NCBI GenBank assembly: GCA_963727825.1
Contig: CAVSHO010000009.1
Coordinates: forward strand, 932,428-996,427
From: Ignavibacteriota bacterium
GTDB lineage: Bacteria > Bacteroidota > Ignavibacteria > UBA10030
Length of the DNA stretch: 64,000 nucleotides
Direction: 5' to 3'
The translations under genes and the position numbers were made by a program. Shown piece by piece: positions 27,933 to 36,967 of this stretch. The notes beneath the pieces were generated by a model. That model did no database searches and was not told the DNA's origin. It worked only from the letters and a program-made list of their open reading frames with translations. The first letter of the stretch is position 1; each line of letters starts with the position of its first letter.

Positions 27933-29203
27933 GTTTCAAGCTCCTTAAACAATTGCGATGTTTGTCGTTTGTAAATGCCGATGCCGGACATTGCACTGCC
28001 GAGCAATGTGGCAAGAATCCCCGGCAGGAAACCAATCACAAAAGTCGATGGTTCCACTTTCGCTCGAATGATATCAGTGAGCATCATCGTACTGTTCTTC
28101 ATCATCGACCCGATGTCGAACCCGTGTAATTGCAGATAGTACGCACCGGCAACTCCAATTGCAGTTCCAATGAGAGTTCCGGTTATGCCAACCGCAAGCG
28201 ATTCAACAATCATCGATCGGTAGATATGGTTATTATCTTCGCCGACAGCGAGCCGCAAACCAAATTCGCCGTACCTACGCAGACTTCCGGTTAAACCTGC
28301 GTTCCATAAGACAATAGACATGACAAAAACAAAGAACCCGAGAATCAGTTGTGTAAATTTATCAACCAGATCGAGATAATCGGAAAGCCCGCTCTGATTT
28401 CGGAGAGTTTCCATGATTGGCGAGAACTTATCTGCAGTATTTGGGAAGTGTGCATTAAAGCCGCTTACCATGATATCTGCAATATCTTCATGATAAAGAT
28501 CGTCCTTGTAAAAGCCAAGGATTTCTCCAGCCCCTTGCTGCATATCGAGCGCTTGCTGCATATCGGAGAGATCGGTAATGATTGCACTCCGATCCATTTG
28601 TCCTACGCCAAATCGAATCGTCCTAACAATTGTAAAATTCGTGAAGGACATGCTACCATACATCGTTGAGCTAATTAATGTAGCTTTTTGACCCGGCTGA
28701 ACATGAAGTTTCTGTGCAAGTTCTTCCGCTATCAAGAGGTCGCCGTTTTTTTTTGGCAATTCTCCGCTTACGAGAGCAGGCCGGATATTCAATATTTTCC
28801 ACTCCGGACTATCGGGAGAGAAAAGGTTTACTCCCATGCCTGCCACAGGGACTTGTTCTTTTGTTTCACCATTCTCGTCTGGTATATCAAGAAGACCTCC
28901 GAATGTAATACGTGGCGTCCAAATAAGGTTTGGATAAGTCTTTCTTAAAGAAGCCAGAAGTGTATCTATTCCGAGCAATGCCAGATCATTTGGAATTTGG
29001 TCAACGTGTGCAGCATATGCTTTTGTCATCACACGCACGTGTCCTGTTTGATAGTGCGCGGTGTTTTGGATGAGTCCGGAGACCGCGCCGTTAATCCATG
29101 CGTGTAAAAATACTGTGAGCATAACACCGGCAGCAACAATCAGCACGGGGAAAAGTGAACGAGATCGATCACGAAGCAGACCTTTAAGGAGAAATTTGAT
29201 CAT
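27929..29203 (-). CDS. FtsX/LolE-like ABC permease
   Basis: 4-TM MacB-type topology with large periplasmic loop; RRYGEFGLRLAVG. Confidence 0.88.
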   Translation of the reverse strand: MIKFLLKGLLRDRSRSLFPVLIVAAGVMLTVFLHAWINGAVSGLIQNTAHYQTGHVRVMTKAYAAHVDQIPNDLALLGIDTLLASLRKTYPNLIWTPRITFGGLLDIPDENGETKEQVPVAGMGVNLFSPDSPEWKILNIRPALVSGELPKKNGDLLIAEELAQKLHVQPGQKATLISSTMYGSMSFTNFTIVRTIRFGVGQMDRSAIITDLSDMQQALDMQQGAGEILGFYKDDLYHEDIADIMVSGFNAHFPNTADKFSPIMETLRNQSGLSDYLDLVDKFTQLILGFFVFVMSIVLWNAGLTGSLRRYGEFGLRLAVGEDNNHIYRSMIVESLAVGITGTLIGTAIGVAGAYYLQLHGFDIGSMMKNSTMMLTDIIRAKVEPSTFVIGFLPGILATLLGSAMSGIGIYKRQTSQLFKELET

Positions 29204-30372
29204 GAGAGTCTCCCTCTCAAAGCATCTGTTGGTTTCAAGTTGGCAATTTTCCTTGTCGGCAAAAAGCTGACAATCGTTGTGACTACTAAAACAAGAAGCG
29301 TGGTTCCTATGATCAATCCTGTGGAGTAAGTTGGAAAAAGTTTTTCTCCGAGTGCAAATCCGGCGTTATCTAGTGCTCCCGGAAGAGTCATGCCCGTTCG
29401 AGCTGCGTAGCTAAAGAGCGGGATACCATAGGCAGCGGCAACGAATGCCGCGAGCACGCCGTGGAAAGCTCCTTCCATTGTGAACAGTCCTATTATCTTC
29501 GTTCGCGTCATCCCAAGAGCCATGAGCGTTCCCATTTCTTTCTTGCGGCGGAAGATGGACAGAACCTGGGTATCAAAGATTGCAAGCATTGCAAGAAACA
29601 GAAGGATCACATATAAAACGCTTCCGGAAATTGTCTTGGTCTTTAAAAGTGCATGAATATCGTGCAAAAGATAATCCCGATTTCTGAATTCCCATCCCGC
29701 AATTTGTTTGGGTGGCTGAACATTTTGTTTCAATACAACTATTGTCACCTGCCTGGGCATTGCTGTGAGTAATTGCAGCTGATCCAGCGGAATCCAGATC
29801 TGTTCATTGTCGATTTCCTGAACCGTAGTCTTCATTACTTCTACAATCTTCACTTCTCTTGCATCGAATGTTCCGTGAACATCGCGCCACTGAACGGTGA
29901 TGTTATCGTCTTTATACAGTCCGATATTTTTCGCCATTCTGCCGCCGACAAGAGCAGGGATGAATCCTTGATCACCCTTTAATAGGAATGAAGGAATAGA
30001 TAAAACATTCTGGTTCGTGTCGATTCCCTTAAGGAGAATGGATCGGAAACGTCCCTCAGGGTAAATAGTAGCCTGACAGATGAGAATGGGAACTGCTTCA
30101 TCATTCTTAACTAATGCCTGAAGTTCTGCAGGAATTGGGGCATGCGCATCTACAAGTGTAAGCGGATCAAACGGGTCGTAAGCTTTCTGCCAGAACTGTC
30201 CTCCGCCGTAAAGTGCGTCAATTGTTGCTCGTTCCACCTGATTGTTCATGCCATTATACATTCCCTGCAGGAAAATAATGGTGACAAACGAAAAGGACAG
30301 CGCAACAACATTGAGCCAGGTTCGAAGCCCGGCGCCAAGAATATTACGCAAAGCGAGTTTTAAAATAAGCAC
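29200..30372 (-). CDS. FtsX/LolC-like ABC permease
   Basis: LALRN...RT, RRKKEMGTLMALGM, LKPTDALR. Confidence 0.9.
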   Translation of the reverse strand: MLILKLALRNILGAGLRTWLNVVALSFSFVTIIFLQGMYNGMNNQVERATIDALYGGGQFWQKAYDPFDPLTLVDAHAPIPAELQALVKNDEAVPILICQATIYPEGRFRSILLKGIDTNQNVLSIPSFLLKGDQGFIPALVGGRMAKNIGLYKDDNITVQWRDVHGTFDAREVKIVEVMKTTVQEIDNEQIWIPLDQLQLLTAMPRQVTIVVLKQNVQPPKQIAGWEFRNRDYLLHDIHALLKTKTISGSVLYVILLFLAMLAIFDTQVLSIFRRKKEMGTLMALGMTRTKIIGLFTMEGAFHGVLAAFVAAAYGIPLFSYAARTGMTLPGALDNAGFALGEKLFPTYSTGLIIGTTLLVLVVTTIVSFLPTRKIANLKPTDALRGRLS

Positions 30373-30375
30373 GGG

Positions 30376-31083
30376 CTACCTCACTTTCATGATTTCTTTT
30401 TCATCCTTTTCAACTCTTCCGTCGACAAGGGTGATTTTTCTTTTGAGATATGCTATCACTTTTTCGTCGTGGGTCGCAAAAATGAATGTCGTTTTAAGTT
30501 CTTCATTCAACTGCATCATGGTTTTCATGATGTTGTGGGAATTTTCAGCGTCAAGGTTCGCTGTAGGCTCGTCGGCAAGGACCAGTTCCGGTTTTTTTAC
30601 TATCGCTCTGGCGATCGCCACTCGTTGACTTTGTCCGCCAGAGAGTTGTGCTGGCTTGGAATCAACGCGATCTGCTAATCCAACCCATTCCAGAGCATCC
30701 ATTACGAGTTTCTTTCGTGTTGATGAATCCTTACCGAGAAGGAGTAAGGGAAATTCAACGTTCTCGAACACAGTATATACCGGCAGCAAATTGAATGTCT
30801 GAAAAATGAATCCAATGTTATCTTTCCGTAGCTGAGCAGCTTCCTTGTGTGTGAGCAGTTCCGTATTCTGTCCAAGAACTTCAGCGTGGCCGCTGGTCGG
30901 AGCGTCAAGACATCCTATTATGTTTAAAAGCGTTGTCTTGCCAGATCCACTAGGGCCGACTAATCCGAGGAATTCGCCTTTGCTTACTGAAAGATTAATT
31001 TTATCCAGCGCTTTCAGGGTATTAAGTCCAAGGGAATAAGTTTTATCCAAATTATCGGTTTTTATTACTACTGAATTTTGCAT
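30376..31083 (-). CDS. LolD/MacB-type ABC ATP-binding protein
   Basis: GPSGSGKTT, LSGGQSQRVAIARA, LADEPTANLD, ATHD. Confidence 0.95.
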   Translation of the reverse strand: MQNSVVIKTDNLDKTYSLGLNTLKALDKINLSVSKGEFLGLVGPSGSGKTTLLNIIGCLDAPTSGHAEVLGQNTELLTHKEAAQLRKDNIGFIFQTFNLLPVYTVFENVEFPLLLLGKDSSTRKKLVMDALEWVGLADRVDSKPAQLSGGQSQRVAIARAIVKKPELVLADEPTANLDAENSHNIMKTMMQLNEELKTTFIFATHDEKVIAYLKRKITLVDGRVEKDEKEIMKVR

Positions 31084-31143
31084 AGTTAATTCCTTGTTCT
31101 TACGTTAGATAATATTGCTCATCACACAATGATAAAAAATTTT

Positions 31144-32355
31144 TCAATGATTGAACACAAGCATAACCTGAAGTCCTGTCCCCGCAAAAGGATTGGTACC
31201 TCCCTGAATTCGATAAAGCTGCATATTGTTTGGATTCCAGAACCCTATGAAATAAATTATCCAATTATCATATGTTCTTTGTATAGTAAAAAGGCGGTAC
31301 CAATCTTGATCTGTCCAGTCGCGATAAAACATGGCTGATATTCGATCGAGCGTACCCAACGAGTAATTCAATGACAAACCGGAAAAGCCTATGCCGTCTG
31401 TTGGGCCGAAAATGTTGTTTGGGTGATCATCCCGAAAATATTCAGTAAGGACGGTCAGTCCATTTCCAATATCGAAAGTGTAATCGGCTCCTAATGTCCA
31501 TAGTCGCTGATATTTCATTCCCGGAATTTCAGTTTGTTGATGTATAATAACTGCCTCAAACCATACTCCAATTCCTATATCCCATTTCCCATCAAGCGCA
31601 AATCTGTTTTCAGGAACCGAATATCCCGCGGTGTCAGTTAATATTCCCGGCAAATTGCTGAGATCGGCTTCACGATGATGATAAGATAATCCTGCCTCAC
31701 CGTCCCAGACCGATAATTGCACTCTTCCCCCAAACTCAATGCTTTTCTTTTGTGTTGGAAAAGTTTCCCATCCTTTTGTTTCATTGTTGCCATAAAGTCC
31801 CCATAGCCATATATTGGCATTGCTCATGAAGTAGTAACGCATGAGCATGCCGTATACTCCATCGGTGAGCTGCAGCGGATCGCGCGGATCAATCTTGTCG
31901 AACCACATGAGAGGCCGAAAGAGCGTTGCAGTGCCGAAACTTATTTTTTGCAATCCAACCCGTGCTTCAAACACATCCGATGCGAGCCTGAACGATGCGC
32001 GGTATGGTTTTATTTCCATATCGTTTTCTGGATGCTGACTTTTCATGAAGCTTTCAGTCGTGTATGTATTAAGTGATAAATCCATGTCTGCGTTTAAATC
32101 ATCATTTAATTTTTGTTTCAGAGAAAAATCGGGGATGTAGCGCAGGCCCGGTTGGGAAACCACAGTGTTATCATGGGTGACCATTATCCATCCGGATGCT
32201 TGACCGCTCAAGGAACAAGTTTGCCCAAGTGATGTCGTCAGCGCAAAGAATAAAAGGACAAAGATAATTATGCAGTATGTTTTTAATTTCAATTGTTTAA
32301 TCCAGTACAATTCAAGTAAAACACGAAATGTTATTTCACCTGTTCTCTTTCCCAT
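31144..32355 (-). CDS. Putative outer-membrane beta-barrel protein (true start probably ~60 nt downstream)
   Basis: Signal-like segment, RVGLQKISFG..LFRP..WFD.IDPRDP, aromatic-rich strands, ends QVMLVFNH. Confidence 0.7.
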   Translation of the reverse strand: MGKRTGEITFRVLLELYWIKQLKLKTYCIIIFVLLFFALTTSLGQTCSLSGQASGWIMVTHDNTVVSQPGLRYIPDFSLKQKLNDDLNADMDLSLNTYTTESFMKSQHPENDMEIKPYRASFRLASDVFEARVGLQKISFGTATLFRPLMWFDKIDPRDPLQLTDGVYGMLMRYYFMSNANIWLWGLYGNNETKGWETFPTQKKSIEFGGRVQLSVWDGEAGLSYHHREADLSNLPGILTDTAGYSVPENRFALDGKWDIGIGVWFEAVIIHQQTEIPGMKYQRLWTLGADYTFDIGNGLTVLTEYFRDDHPNNIFGPTDGIGFSGLSLNYSLGTLDRISAMFYRDWTDQDWYRLFTIQRTYDNWIIYFIGFWNPNNMQLYRIQGGTNPFAGTGLQVMLVFNH

Positions 32356-32933
32356 TGTGAAAGCAATATTTCAATCAAGCGATCTTTAAGATTGTTAAGA
32401 GGAAATAATTCAGGTGCGGCGATATAGTTGGCGGCAACTCCATCAAAAAGAACAGCCAGCAGATAGGAATCAAGATCGGGCTTTTTCGATCCAATCTCAG
32501 CCAGTAGATCGCGTATTCTTTTGAAATAAGGTTCGATGTATTGCTTGCCTTTTCTTTTTAAGATTTTTCGCCAGCCATCATCAAGATTCAACCGTAAGGA
32601 AAGTCGAACTAATAACGGTTCTTTTTCTAATAGTCCGAGCCATCCATCAATAAAAGAGATTAATTTTTCTTTAGGAGTGTGCTGATCATTACTTTTACTT
32701 TGTACAGGTAATAACCGGTCGGTTCCTTCATCGATGAGTGCTAACAAAATATCTTCTTTCGTAGAAAAATGAGAGAATATGAGCCCTTTAGAAACTTTAG
32801 CTTTTCTTGCAATCTCATCTGCGGTGGTTGACGAGAAACCCTTTTTTGCAAACAATTCGAGTGCAGCCGAAAAGATTGCACTACGACTTTTCGCTTTCAT
32901 TTGTTTGGATAAAGCCTTTGATCGTGGTGACAT
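32331..32933 (-). CDS. TetR/AcrR family transcriptional regulator
   Basis: AALELFAKKGFSSTTADEIARKAKVSKGLIFSHFSTKE helix-turn-helix. Confidence 0.95.
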   Translation of the reverse strand: MSPRSKALSKQMKAKSRSAIFSAALELFAKKGFSSTTADEIARKAKVSKGLIFSHFSTKEDILLALIDEGTDRLLPVQSKSNDQHTPKEKLISFIDGWLGLLEKEPLLVRLSLRLNLDDGWRKILKRKGKQYIEPYFKRIRDLLAEIGSKKPDLDSYLLAVLFDGVAANYIAAPELFPLNNLKDRLIEILLSQWEREQVK

Positions 32934-32951
32934 GATAGCATCTCCATTATA

Positions 32952-32997
32952 TGACTGACTACTTAGTCAATATAAATAGAAGAAGAAAAGAAGTCAA
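32952..32997 (-). promoter_or_regulatory. Sigma70 promoter with adjacent TetR-type operator
   Basis: Minus strand TTGACT-N17-TATATT (32997-32969), with palindrome TGACT-N8-AGTCA (32952-32969) over the start-site region. Confidence 0.65.
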
Positions 32998-33109
32998 TGC
33001 TTTCATAAAAATGTTGTCTAAAATTTGCATCATGCAATTATCCGTTTGTAAATATTGCTGTTTTGCAATTGATTCAAAGATATTTTCAGATTACATTTTA
33101 ATAAATCAT

Positions 33110-33182
<73 letters not shown>

Positions 33183-33194
33183 CAAAAAAATTTT

Positions 33195-33230
33195 AAATGG
33201 ATTAGTATATTATACTAATCCATTTTTATT
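33195..33230 (+). terminator. tRNA terminator hairpin
   Basis: AAATGGATTAGTATA-T-TATACTAATCCATTT followed by a T-run. Confidence 0.7.
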
Positions 33231-33307
33231 TTTACCAGAAGCAACCTTTTCTATTTATTTTTCGTAAGCCGAGATAAAAATTCTTTCATAAAAGATACTG
33301 CACAACT

Positions 33308-34825
33308 ATGAAACGTTCTTCCATCATCATCCTTATCTTTGTTCTTGCAAAATTTCTACTTCAGCTTGTAACTCTTCTTCAACCGGAGTATGGTTTATTC
33401 CGTGATGAATTGTATTACCTTGCCTGCGTCAAACATCTTGCGTGGGGATTTGTAGATCATCCTCCTTTTTCTATTGCAATATTGTGGGCATGGGTTTCCA
33501 TTGCCGGTGATTCTCTTGTCTCGCTTCGCGTAATTGCAGCGCTCATAGGCACTATACCAGTTGCAATGGCCGGACTAATTACACGCCAGCTTGGCGGTGA
33601 ATGGAAAGCGCAAGCGCTGGCATGCTTCACTGTAATGCTCCTTCCTATTCAATTGGCTATCTCAAGTTTCTATTCTATGAATGTAATAGAATACGCGCTA
33701 ATTCTTGTGCTTGTTTGGTTGTTACTACGAATTATTATAGAGCAGCGATCATCTCTATGGATTTTGTTTGGTGTTTTCCTTGGTGTCGGAATCATGAATA
33801 AGCATACATTCGCTGTCCTTGCGGGATTTTTGCTCATTGGTCTTTTGTTTACTCCATCGAGAAAAGAGTTTCTGAAAAAGTATTTCTGGATTGGTATGGG
33901 AGTGGCTTTTCTCATTGTTCTGCCGAATCTTATCTGGCAGATCTCGCACAACTTTATATCGCTAGAGTTTTATAAGAATGCCTCTGAATTAAAAAATGTC
34001 CCAACGCCCCCGCTGAAAATTATTCTCGAACAATTTCTCACTAACAATCCCCTTACAGGAATTCTGTGGGTGACCGGACTTGTTTGGTTATTACGAGGTA
34101 AAGAACGCAGTGAATACCGGGTATTGGGTATTGCTTTTTTATTAATGCTTGTGATGATGATGGCTGCCCAATCGAATCGGGCAGATCGTATTGCACTGTA
34201 TATTCCTGTACTTGTTGCAGGCGGTGCGGTTGTTTGGGAATGTTTAAATGCCAGGCGGTTTATGAAATGGCTTATTCCTATCACTGTCGCCTTATTACTT
34301 TTAGTCGGGTTGATTGCTATGCCCGTTGCACTGCCGGTTTTGTCTCCATCATCAACCGCCCAATATATCCAAGAACGAGGTATACAGCAAAGTTATGAAA
34401 AAGGAGTTACAGCAAAGCTGCCGCAGAATTTTGCAGATAGATTTGGATGGAAAGAACTTACGGATTCCGTTGCTGCAGTGATTCAGCGATTACCGGAACG
34501 AGAGCGTAATTCCGTTATTCTTGCCGGGCAGAATTATGGCGATGCTGGAGCGCTGGAATATTACGGACGTTCGGTGAATTTTCCGCGAGTGATCAGTGGA
34601 CACAATAGTTATTGGTTGTGGGGGCCAGGTGAACAAGCAGAGACATATATTATAGTCGGGAATTCGAGGTCACGGATGGAAGAGATTTTCAATGATGTGC
34701 AGGAAGGAACACGCGCATCCACTGGTTGGCAGATGAATTACGAATGCAATCGTCCTATTTGGATTTGCCGGAAGCCGAAAATGCCCATAACGGAAATATG
34801 GTCCAAAGCAAAAATGTTTATTTAA
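33308..34825 (+). CDS. Glycosyltransferase family 39/83 (ArnT/PMT-like) membrane protein
   Basis: FRDELYYLAC..HLAWGFVDHPP, multiple TM helices, NYGDAGA, GHNSYWLWG. Confidence 0.88.
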   Translation: MKRSSIIILIFVLAKFLLQLVTLLQPEYGLFRDELYYLACVKHLAWGFVDHPPFSIAILWAWVSIAGDSLVSLRVIAALIGTIPVAMAGLITRQLGGEWKAQALACFTVMLLPIQLAISSFYSMNVIEYALILVLVWLLLRIIIEQRSSLWILFGVFLGVGIMNKHTFAVLAGFLLIGLLFTPSRKEFLKKYFWIGMGVAFLIVLPNLIWQISHNFISLEFYKNASELKNVPTPPLKIILEQFLTNNPLTGILWVTGLVWLLRGKERSEYRVLGIAFLLMLVMMMAAQSNRADRIALYIPVLVAGGAVVWECLNARRFMKWLIPITVALLLLVGLIAMPVALPVLSPSSTAQYIQERGIQQSYEKGVTAKLPQNFADRFGWKELTDSVAAVIQRLPERERNSVILAGQNYGDAGALEYYGRSVNFPRVISGHNSYWLWGPGEQAETYIIVGNSRSRMEEIFNDVQEGTRASTGWQMNYECNRPIWICRKPKMPITEIWSKAKMFI

Positions 34826-35051
34826 ATTTTTGTGTCAAATAAAGTTCTGCCCAACCATCGGATTCAGCCAATTTGATATTTGTGTTCGTGTGTATTTATT
34901 TACATGCCTTTAAAAAAAGCGTGCAATATACGCGTTGCCCGACTTCTTACTAATCCTATCGCATCCAAGGTTTATATGCAAAAACTTTCGCATTTTGTAT
35001 CCAATTGCAGTTGATACATTTTTATGAAATGAAATATTTTTAATACAAACT

Positions 35052-36962
35052 ATGTCTAAAACGATCAGCCCTAGTATACTCTCAGCTCAAGATGTTGTTG
35101 TTCGATATGGCCCTCAGGCTGTTCTTAAGAATTCCACACTGAATGTTCATCAAACAGACAGGATAGGACTTATCGGGAACAATGGTTCCGGTAAATCAAC
35201 ACTGCTCAGAATAATTGCCGGCGATATGCAGCCAGACTCCGGATCGATCTCGCGGCGCAGAGATATTATTATCGGATACCTTCCACAAAACTTTCAACTT
35301 GATCCCACTAAATCTGTGTATGAAAATATTGTTGAAGGTGCGCACGATGTCATCGATATTCTAAGAGAATACGAAAACCTGTCGCCGACATCCGAAAAGC
35401 GCCACGTGCTGGAGGAGCAAATCCTTCATCGCGACGGATGGAATCTCGAAAATAGAATTGAAACAGCGATGCACTCACTCAATGTACCAGACAAACATCG
35501 CGCAATCGATACGCTCTCCGGAGGGGAAAAACGGCGCGTGGCATTGTGTAAGGCGATCATCTCGCGCCCCGATTTCCTTATTCTTGACGAACCTACGAAT
35601 CATCTCGACACACAATCGATTGAGTGGATAGAAGAATATCTTGAGAATTATTCCGGTGCATGTCTTTTCGTTACACATGACAGGTATTTCTTGGATTCGA
35701 TTGCAAATAGAATTGTCGAACTTGTTAACGGTGAGTGTTATTCCCACGACGGTAATTATGACGACTTTTTGCTGGACAAAGCGGAGAGGGAAGTACAATT
35801 AGAAACCGAAGAAAAAAAGCGGAACAGCTTTTTACGCCGGGAACTCGCATGGGTTCGTCGGGGAGCGCGGGCGCGAAGAACAAAAGCAAAGAGTCGGCTC
35901 AACGCATATTTTGAAGCTATGGATCAAAAAGGACCAGAAGTTGAAGGTGAAGTGGAACTGGTCATTCCACCGGCGTCAGGACTCGGATCGACAATCTTGA
36001 ATTTAAAAGATATAGGAATGGAATTAGGCGGAAAAAAATTGTTTGAAGGCCTTGATTTTAACTTTGACAGGAAACGAAAATTAGGAATCATCGGGCGTAA
36101 CGGTCTCGGTAAAACAACTTTGTTAAGAATTATTCTAGGAGAACTGAACGCTGCTACAGGTAATATTATCGTTGGTGAAAGAACAGTATTCAATTATATA
36201 GATCAATCGCGTATGGCGCTGAACAACGAGAATACCGTAGTCCAAGAACTCGGTGAAGGACGGGAATGGATAATGTTCGGCGAAGAGCGGATGAAAGTAT
36301 GGACATATTTGCGGCGATTTCTCTTTGCCGATGATCGAATGAATACAAAAGTGGAAAAACTTTCCGGCGGAGAACGAAGCCGGTTGCTGCTTGCCAAAGT
36401 ATTAAAGAATGGTGGAAATTTTTTAATTCTTGACGAACCGACAAACGACCTGGATCTTGCCACGCTCCGCATTCTGGAAGAAGCGCTAGCCGCGTTTAAT
36501 GGATGCGTCATTGCCGTCAGTCATGACCGTTATTTCTTGAACCGTGTTTGCAACGGTATCCTTGCGTTTGAAGGTGACGGCAAAGTGCACTTCAGCGAAG
36601 GCGATTACAGCTATTATATAGAGAAGCGTACTGCAAGAGAAAACGAGGCATTAGCTGAATCTATTATAGCTGCTGCACCGGAAAAGCAGGAAGCACGCCA
36701 AAAGCCTCAGACAAATAAACTGAAATGGAAAGAAGCAAAAGAACTTGAAACAATTGAAAATGATATTATGTGTGCCGAATCGGAAGTAGCACGCATAGAA
36801 GCGATTTTTGCTTCTCCCGATTTCTATGAGAAATACGGTGAGCAAACCGTTCAATTGACAGCAGAGCTTGCCGCTGCGAAAGCTTTAATCGAGCGACTTT
36901 TTGTACGATGGCATAAACTTGAAGAAATAAAGGCGGGGAAAAAACTATCTGAAGGTAAATAG
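35052..36962 (+). CDS. uup: ABC-F family ATPase (Uup-like)
   Basis: Two ABC cassettes (GNNGSGKST, GRNGLGKTT), linker ELAWVRRGARARRTK, C-terminal coiled coil (KLKWKEAKEL). Confidence 0.85.
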   Translation: MSKTISPSILSAQDVVVRYGPQAVLKNSTLNVHQTDRIGLIGNNGSGKSTLLRIIAGDMQPDSGSISRRRDIIIGYLPQNFQLDPTKSVYENIVEGAHDVIDILREYENLSPTSEKRHVLEEQILHRDGWNLENRIETAMHSLNVPDKHRAIDTLSGGEKRRVALCKAIISRPDFLILDEPTNHLDTQSIEWIEEYLENYSGACLFVTHDRYFLDSIANRIVELVNGECYSHDGNYDDFLLDKAEREVQLETEEKKRNSFLRRELAWVRRGARARRTKAKSRLNAYFEAMDQKGPEVEGEVELVIPPASGLGSTILNLKDIGMELGGKKLFEGLDFNFDRKRKLGIIGRNGLGKTTLLRIILGELNAATGNIIVGERTVFNYIDQSRMALNNENTVVQELGEGREWIMFGEERMKVWTYLRRFLFADDRMNTKVEKLSGGERSRLLLAKVLKNGGNFLILDEPTNDLDLATLRILEEALAAFNGCVIAVSHDRYFLNRVCNGILAFEGDGKVHFSEGDYSYYIEKRTARENEALAESIIAAAPEKQEARQKPQTNKLKWKEAKELETIENDIMCAESEVARIEAIFASPDFYEKYGEQTVQLTAELAAAKALIERLFVRWHKLEEIKAGKKLSEGK

Positions 36963-36967
36963 ATTTC

